From the human T2T-CHM13v2.0 reference genome, Homo sapiens: a stretch of DNA of 64,000 nt. Below the pieces are notes generated by a model. That model made no database searches and was not told the DNA's origin. It saw only the letters and a list, made by a program, of their open reading frames with translations. A program made the position numbers and the translations under genes. Positions 51,217 to 61,458 of this stretch are shown piece by piece. Location: NCBI RefSeq assembly GCF_009914755.1, contig NC_060939.1; one strand, 5' to 3'. Position 1 is the stretch's first letter; every line of letters starts with the position of its first letter.

Positions 51217-54200
51217 CTTTCCACAGTACGCCTCAAAGTTCTCCAATTATCCACTCGTAGATCCTGCAAAAAGAGAGATTCAAAACTGCTCAATCAAAAG
51301 ATAGTTTCTACTCCATTAGCTGAAAGACCACATCACAAAAAAAGTTTCTCAGGATGCTTCTGTGTAGTTTTTATGTGAAGATATTTGGTTTTCCACAGTA
51401 GGCCTCAAAGCGCTCCAAATATCCACTCACAGATTCTGCAAAAAGAGAGATTCAAAACTGCTGAATCAAAAGACAGTTTCAACTCTGTGACTTCAGTGCA
51501 CACCTCACAAGGATGTTTCTCAGAATGCTTCTGTGTAGTTTTTATATAAAGATATCTCCTTCTCCAAAATGGATCTCAAAGTTCTCCAAATATTCACTTC
51601 CAGATTCTATGGAAAGATTGTCTCAAAACTGCTCAATCAAACCAAAGGTTCAACTCTGTGAGATGAATGCCCACATCACAAAGAAGTTTCTCAGAGTACT
51701 TCTGTGTAGTTTCTATTTGAGGATAGTTCCTTTTCCACCACAGACCAGAAAGGGCTCCAAATATCCATTGCAGATGGTACAAAAAGTGAGATTCAAAACT
51801 GCTCAATCCAAAGGTAGTTTCAACCATGTGATATGAATGCACACAGCACAGAGAATTTTCTCAAAATGCGTCTGTCTAGTTTTTATTTGAAGATATTTCC
51901 TTTTCTACCATAGGCCACAAACGTCTCCAAATATCCACATGCAGCTTCTACAAAAAGAGAGATTCAAAACTTCTCAATCAAAAGATAGGTTCAACTCTGT
52001 GAGTTGAAAGCACACCTCACAGAGAAGTTTCTCAGAGTGCTTCTGTGTGTTTTTATGTGAAGATATTTCCTTTTCCACAATAGGCCTCAAAGCTCTCCAA
52101 ATATCTGCGAGCAGAGTCTACAAAATGAGAGATTCAAAACTGCTCAATGAAAAGATAGGTTCAACTCTGTGAGTTGAATGCACACCTCCAAAGAAGTTTC
52201 TCAGAATGCTTCCGTGTAGTTTTTATGTGAAGATATTTACTTTTCCACAGTTGTCCCAAAGCTCTAAAATGTCCACTTGCAGACCCTCCAAAAGAGTGTT
52301 TCAGAATTGCTCAATCAAAGGGAAGGTTCAATTCTGTGTGACCAATGCACTCATCACAAAGAAGTTTGTCTGAATGCTTCTGTGTAGAATTGATTTGAAG
52401 ATAATTCCTTTTCCACCACAGTCCGCAAAGGGCTAAAAATATCCACTTGCCGATTCCACAAAAAGAGAGATTCAAAACTGCTCAATCACAAGATAGGTTC
52501 AACTTGGTAATTGGAAAGCACACATGACAAACAATTTCTGAGAATGTTTCTGTGTAGTTTTTAAGGGAAGATATTTGATTTTCAAATGTAGGCCTCAAAT
52601 CGCTCCAAATATCCACTTGCATATTGTACAAAAAGAGAGATTCAAAACTGGTCACTCAAAAGTTAGGTCCAGCTCTGTGAGCTGAATGCACACATCACAA
52701 AGATGTTTCTCAGAAGGTTTCTGTATAGTTTTTATATGAAGATATTGGCTTTTCCACAATATGCCTCAAATCTCCCCAATTATCCACTTGCAGATTCTAG
52801 AAAAAGAGTGTTTCAAAACAGCTCAATCAAAATAAACTTTCAACTCTGTGAGATCAATGCACACATCACAAAGAAGTTTCTCAGAATGCTTCTGTGTAGT
52901 TTTTTTTGTGAAGATATTTGATTTTCCACAGCAGGCTTCCAAGCACTCCAAATATCCACTCGCAGATTCTGCAAAAAGAGAGATTCAAATCTGCTGAATC
53001 AAAAGATAGGTTTAACTCTGTGACTTCAATGCACACCTCACAAGGGTGTTTCTCAGAAAGCTTCTGTGTAGTTTTTATATGAAGATATCTCCTTCTCCAA
53101 AGCAGGTCTCAAAGCCCTCCAAATATTCACTTCAAGATTCTACGGAAAGATTGTCTCAACACTGCTAAATCTAAACAAATGTTCAACTCTGTGTGATGAA
53201 TGCACTCATCACAGAGAAGTTTCTCTGAATGCCTCTGTGTAGTTTTTATTTGAAGATATTTGCTTTTCCAGTATAGGGCGAAATAGGGCTCCAAATATTC
53301 ACTTGCAGATTCTACAAAAGGAGAGATTCCAAACTGCTCAATCAAAACATAGGTTCAACACTGTGAGTTGAATGCACACATCACAAAGAAGTTTCACAGA
53401 GTGCTTCTGGGTAGTTTTTATTTGAGGATATTTCCCTTTCCACAATAGGCCTCAAAGCTTTCCAAATATCCACTTGCAGATTCTGCAAAAAGAGAGATAC
53501 AAAACTGCTCTATCAAAAGATAGATTCGACTCTGTGAGTTGAATGCCAACATCGCAAAGAAGTTTCTCAGAATGCTTCTCTGCAGCTTTTTTGTGAGTAT
53601 GTTTCGTTTTCCACCATAGGGCGAAATGGGGCTCCAAATATCCACTTGCATTTCCTACAAAAAGAGAGATTCTAAGCTGCTCAATCAAAACATTGTTTCA
53701 ACACGGTTAGTTGAATGCACACATCCCAAAGATGTTTTTCAGAGTGCTTCTGTGTGGTTTTTATGTGAAGATACTTCCTTTTCCACAATAGGCCTCAAAT
53801 CTCTGTAAATATCCACTTGCAGACTCTACAAAGAGTGTTTCCAAACTGCTCAATCATAAGATAGGTTCAACTCCGATAGTTGAATGCACACATCACAAAG
53901 AAGTTTCTCGGAAAGCTTCTGTGTAGTTTTTGATGAAGATATCTTCTTCTCTAAAACAGAACTCCAAGCCCTCCAAATATTCACTTCAAGATTCTACGGA
54001 AAGATTGTCTCAAACTGCTAAATCAAAACAAAGGTTCAACTCTGTGTGATGAATGCATTCATCACAAAGAAGTTTCTCTGAGTGCTTCTGTGCAGTTTTT
54101 ATTTGAAGATAATTGCTTTTCCAGTATAGGGCGAAATAGGGCTCCAAATATTCACTTGCAGATTCTACAGAAAGAGAGATTCCAAACTGCTCAATCAAAA

Positions 54201-54630
54201 CATAGGTTCAACACTGTGAGTTGAATGCATACATCGCAAAGAAGTTTCACAGAGTACTTCTGGGTGGTTTTTATTTGAAGATATTTCCCTTTCCACAATA
54301 GGCCTCAAAGCTTTCCAAATGTCCACTTGCAGATTCCACCAAAAGAGTGTTTCGAAACTGCTCAATCAAAAGAAAGGTTCTACTCTGTGGGATGAATGCA
54401 CACATCACAAAGTAGTTTCTCAGAATGCTTCTGTGTAGTTTTTATGTGAAGATATTTGTTTTTCCACAGTAGGCCCCAAAGAGCTCCAAATATTCACTTG
54501 CAGATTCTACAAAAAGAGTGTTCCAAAACTGCTCCATCATGAAATAGGATCAACCCTGTGAGATGAATGTACGTATGACAGAGAAGTTTCTCAGAATGCT
54601 TCTGTGTAGTTTTTATGCGAAGATATTCGA
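51217..54630. repeat. HOR copy 16
   Basis: 1531G, 3319C; private G at 53848. Confidence 0.96.
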
Positions 54631-57600
54631 CTTTCCACAGTACGCCTCAAAGTTCTCCAATTATCCACTCGTAGATCCTGCAAAAAGAGAGATTCAAAAC
54701 TGCTCAATCAAAAGATAGTTTCTACTCCATTAGCTGAAACACCACATCACAAAAAAAGTTTCTCAGGATGCTTCTGTGTAGTTTTTATGTGAAGATATTT
54801 GGTTTTCCACAGTAGGCCTCAAAGCGCTCCAAATATCCACTCACAGATTCTGCAAAAAGAGAGATTCAAAACTGCTGAATCAAAAGACAGTTTCAACTCT
54901 GTGACTTCAGTGCACACCTCACAAGGATGTTTCTCAGAATGCTTCTGTGTAGTTTTTATATAAAGATATCTCCTTCTCCAAAATGGATCTCAAAGTTCTC
55001 CAAATATTCACTTCCAGATTCTATGGAAAGATTGTCTCAAAACTGCTCAATCAAACCAAAGGTTCAACTCTGTGAGATGAATGCCCACATCACAAAGAAG
55101 TTTCTCAGAGTACTTCTGTGTATTTTCTATTTGAGGATAGTTCCTTTTCCACCACAGACCAGAAAGGGCTCCAAATATCCATTGCAGATGGTACAAAAAG
55201 TGAGATTCAAAACTGCTCAATCCAAAGGTAGTTTCAACCATGTGATATGAATGCACACAGCACAGAGAATTTTCTCAAAATGCGTCTGTCTAGTTTTTAT
55301 TTGAAGATATTTCCTTTTCTACCATAGGCCACAAACGTCTCCAAATATCCACATGCAGCTTCTACAAAAAGAGAGATTCAAAACTTCTCAATCAAAAGAT
55401 AGGTTCAACTCTGTGAGTTGAAAGCACACCTCACAGAGAAGTTTCTCAGAGTGCTTCTGTGTGTTTTTATGTGAAGATATTTCCTTTTCCACAATAGGCC
55501 TCAAAGCTCTCCAAATATCTGCGAGCAGAGTCTACAAAATGAGAGATTCAAAACTGCTCAATGAAAAGATAGGTTCAACTCTGTGAGTTGAATGCACACC
55601 TCCAAAGAAGTTTCTCAGAATGCTTCCGTGTAGTTTTTATGTGAAGATATTTACTTTTCCACAGTTGTCCCAAAGCTCTAAAATGTCCACTTGCAGACCC
55701 TCCAAAAGAGTGTTTCAGAATTGCTCAATCAAAGGGAAGGTTCAATTCTGTGTGACCAATGCACTCATCACAAAGAAGTTTGTCTGAATGCTTCTGTGTA
55801 GAATTGATTTGAAGATAATTCCTTTTCCACCACAGTCCGCAAAGGGCTAAAAATATCCACTTGCCGATTCCACAAAAAGAGAGATTCAAAACTGCTCAAT
55901 CACAAGATAGGTTCAACTTGGTAATTGGAAAGCACACATGACAAACAATTTCTGAGAATGTTTCTGTGTAGTTTTTAAGGGAAGATATTTGATTTTCAAA
56001 TGTAGGCCTCAAATCGCTCCAAATATCCACTTGCATATTGTACAAAAAGAGAGATTCAAAACTGGTCACTCAAAAGTTAGGTCCAGCTCTGTGAGCTGAA
56101 TGCACACATCACAAAGATGTTTCTCAGAAGGTTTCTGTATAGTTTTTATATGAAGATATTTGCTTTTCCACAATATGCCTCAAATCTCCCCAATTATCCA
56201 CTTGCAGATTCTAGAAAAAGAGTGTTTCAAAACAGCTCAATCAAAATAAACTTTCAACTCTGTGAGATCAATGCACACATCACAAAGAAGTTTCTCAGAA
56301 TGCTTCTGTGTAGTTTTTTTTGTGAAGATATTTGATTTTCCACAGCAGGCTTCCAAGCACTCCAAATATCCACTCGCAGATTCTGCAAAAAGAGAGATTC
56401 AAATCTGCTGAATCAAAAGATAGGTTTAACTCTGTGACTTCAATGCACACCTCACAAGGGTGTTTCTCAGAAAGCTTCTGTGTAGTTTTTATATGAAGAT
56501 ATCTCCTTCTCCAAAGCAGGTCTCAAAGCCCTCCAAATATTCACTTCAAGATTCTACGGAAAGATTGTCTCAACACTGCTAAATCTAAACAAATGTTCAA
56601 CTCTGTGTGATGAATGCACTCATCACAGAGAAGTTTCTCTGAATGCCTCTGTGTAGTTTTTATTTGAAGATATTTGCTTTTCCAGTATAGGGCGAAATAG
56701 GGCTCCAAATATTCACTTGCAGATTCTACAAAAGGAGAGATTCCAAACTGCTCAATCAAAACATAGGTTCAACACTGTGAGTTGAATGCACACATCACAA
56801 AGAAGTTTCACAGAGTGCTTCTGGGTAGTTTTTATTTGAGGATATTTCCCTTTCCACAATAGGCCTCAAAGCTTTCCAAATATCCACTTGCAGATTCTGC
56901 AAAAAGAGAGATACAAAACTGCTCTATCAAAAGATAGATTCGACTCTGTGAGTTGAATGCCAACATCGCAAAGAAGTTTCTCAGAATGCTTCTCTGCAGC
57001 TTTTTTGTGAGTATGTTTCGTTTTCCACCATAGGGCGAAATGGGGCTCCAAATATCCACTTGCATTTCCTACAAAAAGAGAGATTCTAAGCTGCTCAATC
57101 AAAACATTGTTTCAACACGGTTAGTTGAATGCACACATCCCAAAGATGTTTTTCAGAGTGCTTCTGTGTGGTTTTTATGTGAAGATACTTCCTTTTCCAC
57201 AATAGGCCTCAAATCTCTGTAAATATCCACTTGCAGACTCTACAAAGAGTGTTTCCAAACTCCTCAATCATAAGATAGGTTCAACTCCGATAGTTGAATG
57301 CACACATCACAAAGAAGTTTCTCGGAAAGCTTCTGTGTAGTTTTTGATGAAGATATCTTCTTCTCTAAAACAGAACTCCAAGCCCTCCAAATATTCACTT
57401 CAAGATTCTACGGAAAGATTGTCTCAAACTGCTAAATCAAAACAAAGGTTCAACTCTGTGTGATGAATGCATTCATCACAAAGAAGTTTCTCTGAGTGCT
57501 TCTGTGCAGTTTTTATTTGAAGATAATTGCTTTTCCAGTATAGGGCGAAATAGGGCTCCAAATATTCACTTGCAGATTCTACAGAAAGAGAGATTCCAAA

Positions 57601-58044
57601 CTGCTCAATCAAAACATAGGTTCAACACTGTGAGTTGAATGCATACATCGCAAAGAAGTTTCACAGAGTACTTCTGGGTGGTTTTTATTTGAAGATATTT
57701 CCCTTTCCACAATAGGCCTCAAAGCTTTCCAAATGTCCACTTGCAGATTCCACCAAAAGAGTGTTTCGAAACTGCTCAATCAAAAGAAAGGTTCTACTCT
57801 GTGGGATGAATGCACACATCACAAAGTAGTTTCTCAGAATGCTTCTGTGTAGTTTTTATGTGAAGATATTTGTTTTTCCACAGTAGGCCCCAAAGAGCTC
57901 CAAATATTCACTTGCAGATTCTACAAAAAGAGTGTTCCAAAACTGCTCAATCATGAAATAGGATCAACCCTGTGAGATGAATGTACGTATGACAGAGAAG
58001 TTTCTCAGAATGCTTCTGTGTAGTTTTTATGCGAAGATATTCGA
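54631..58044. repeat. HOR copy 17
   Basis: Offsets 110C (54740), 1531T, 3319A; private T at 55123. Confidence 0.96.
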
Positions 58045-61000
58045 CTTTCCACAGTACGCCTCAAAGTTCTCCAATTATCCACTCGTAGATCCTGCAAAAA
58101 GAGAGATTCAAAACTGCTCAATCAAAAGATAGTTTCTACTCCATTAGCTGAAAGACCACATCACAAAAAAAGTTTCTCAGGATGCTTCTGTGTAGTTTTT
58201 ATGTGAAGATATTTGGTTTTCCACAGTAGGCCTCAAAGCGCTCCAAATATCCACTCACAGATTCTGCAAAAAGAGAGATTCAAAACTGCTGAATCAAAAG
58301 ACAGTTTCAACTCTGTGACTTCAGTGCACACCTCACAAGGATGTTTCTCAGAATGCTTCTGTGTAGTTTTTATATAAAGATATCTCCTTCTCCAAAATGG
58401 ATCTCAAAGTTCTCCAAATATTCACTTCCAGATTCTATGGAAAGATTGTCTCAAAACTGCTCAATCAAACCAAAGGTTCAACTCTGTGAGATGAATGCCC
58501 ACATCACAAAGAAGTTTCTCAGAGTACTTCTGTGTAGTTTCTATTTGAGGATAGTTCCTTTTCCACCACAGACCAGAAAGGGCTCCAAATATCCATTGCA
58601 GATGGTACAAAAAGTGAGATTCAAAACTGTTCAATCCAAAGGTAGTTTCAACCATGTGATATGAATGCACACAGCACAGAGAATTTTCTCAAAATGCGTC
58701 TGTCTAGTTTTTATTTGAAGATATTTCCTTTTCTACCATAGGCCACAAACGTCTCCAAATATCCACATGCAGCTTCTACAAAAAGAGAGATTCAAAACTT
58801 CTCAATCAAAAGATAGGTTCAACTCTGTGAGTTGAAAGCACACCTCACAGAGAAGTTTCTCAGAGTGCTTCTGTGTGTTTTTATGTGAAGATATTTCCTT
58901 TTCCACAATAGGCCTCAAAGCTCTCCAAATATCTGCGAGCAGAGTCTACAAAATGAGAGATTCAAAACTGCTCAATGAAAAGATAGGTTCAACTCTGTGA
59001 GTTGAATGCACACCTCCAAAGAAGTTTCTCAGAATGCTTCCGTGTAGTTTTTATGTGAAGATATTTACTTTTCCACAGTTGTCCCAAAGCTCTAAAATGT
59101 CCACTTGCAGACCCTCCAAAAGAGTGTTTCAGAATTGCTCAATCAAAGGGAAGGTTCAATTCTGTGTGACCAATGCACTCATCACAAAGAAGTTTGTCTG
59201 AATGCTTCTGTGTAGAATTGATTTGAAGATAATTCCTTTTCCACCACAGTCCGCAAAGGGCTAAAAATATCCACTTGCCGATTCCACAAAAAGAGAGATT
59301 CAAAACTGCTCAATCACAAGATAGGTTCAACTTGGTAATTGGAAAGCACACATGACAAACAATTTCTGAGAATGTTTCTGTGTAGTTTTTAAGGGAAGAT
59401 ATTTGATTTTCAAATGTAGGCCTCAAATCGCTCCAAATATCCACTTGCATATTGTACAAAAAGAGAGATTCAAAACTGGTCACTCAAAAGTTAGGTCCAG
59501 CTCTGTGAGCTGAATGCACACATCACAAAGATGTTTCTCAGAAGGTTTCTGTATAGTTTCTATATGAAGATATTTGCTTTTCCACAATATGCCTCAAATC
59601 TCCCCAATTATCCACTTGCAGATTCTAGAAAAAGAGTGTTTCAAAACAGCTCAATCAAAATAAACTTTCAACTCTGTGAGATCAATGCACACATCACAAA
59701 GAAGTTTCTCAGAATGCTTCTGTGTAGTTTTTTTTGTGAAGATATTTGATTTTCCACAGCAGGCTTCCAAGCACTCCAAATATCCACTCGCAGATTCTGC
59801 AAAAAGAGAGATTCAAATCTGCTGAATCAAAAGATAGGTTTAACTCTGTGACTTCAATGCACACCTCACAAGGGTGTTTCTCAGAAAGCTTCTGTGTAGT
59901 TTTTATATGAAGATATCTCCTTCTCCAAAGCAGGTCTCAAAGCCCTCCAAATATTCACTTCAAGATTCTACGGAAAGATTGTCTCAACACTGCTAAATCT
60001 AAACAAATGTTCAACTCTGTGTGATGAATGCACTCATCACAGAGAAGTTTCTCTGAATGCCTCTGTGTAGTTTTTATTTGAAGATATTTGCTTTTCCAGT
60101 ATAGGGCGAAATAGGGCTCCAAATATTCACTTGCAGATTCTACAAAAGGAGAGATTCCAAACTGCTCAATCAAAACATAGGTTCAACACTGTGAGTTGAA
60201 TGCACACATCACAAAGAAGTTTCACAGAGTGCTTCTGGGTAGTTTTTATTTGAGGATATTTCCCTTTCCACAATAGGCCTCAAAGCTTTCCAAATATCCA
60301 CTTGCAGATTCTGCAAAAAGAGAGATACAAAACTGCTCTATCAAAAGATAGATTCGACTCTGTGAGTTGAATGCCAACATCGCAAAGAAGTTTCTCAGAA
60401 TGCTTCTCTGCAGCTTTTTTGTGAGTATGTTTCGTTTTCCACCATAGGGCGAAATGGGGCTCCAAATATCCACTTGCATTTCCTACAAAAAGAGAGATTC
60501 TAAGCTGCTCAATCAAAACATTGTTTCAACACGGTTAGTTGAATGCACACATCCCAAAGATGTTTTTCAGAGTGCTTCTGTGTGGTTTTTATGTGAAGAT
60601 ACTTCCTTTTCCACAATAGGCCTCAAATCTCTGTAAATATCCACTTGCAGACTCTACAAAGAGTGTTTCCCAACTCCTCAATCATAAGATAGGTTCAACT
60701 CCGATAGTTGAATGCACACATCACAAAGAAGTTTCTCGGAAAGCTTCTGTGTAGTTTTTGATGAAGATATCTTCTTCTCTAAAACAGAACTCCAAGCCCT
60801 CCAAATATTCACTTCAAGATTCTACGGAAAGATTGTCTCAAACTGCTAAATCAAAACAAAGGTTCAACTCTGTGTGATGAATGCATTCATCACAAAGAAG
60901 TTTCTCTGAGTGCTTCTGTGCAGTTTTTATTTGAAGATAATTGCTTTTCCAGTATAGGGCGAAATAGGGCTCCAAATATTCACTTGCAGATTCTACAGAA

Positions 61001-61458
61001 AGAGAGATTCCAAACTGCTCAATCAAAACATAGGTTCAACACTGTGAGTTGAATGCATACATCGCAAAGAAGTTTCACAGAGTACTTCTGGGTGGTTTTT
61101 ATTTGAAGATATTTCCCTTTCCACAATAGGCCTCAAAGCTTTCCAAATGTCCACTTGCAGATTCCACCAAAAGAGTGTTTCGAAACTGCTCAATCAAAAG
61201 AAAGGTTCTACTCTGTGGGATGAATGCACACATCACAAAGTAGTTTCTCAGAATGCTTCTGTGTAGTTTTTATGTGAAGATATTTGTTTTTCCACAGTAG
61301 GCCCCAAAGAGCTCCAAATATTCACTTGCAGATTCTACAAAAAGAGTGTTCCAAAACTGCTCCATCATGAAATAGGATCAACCCTGTGAGATGAATGTAC
61401 GTATGACAGAGAAGTTTCTCAGAATGCTTCTGTGTAGTTTTTATGCGAAGATATTCGA
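58045..61458. repeat. HOR copy 18
   Basis: Offsets 586T (58630), 1516C (59560), 1531T, 3319C; private C at 60671. Confidence 0.96.
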
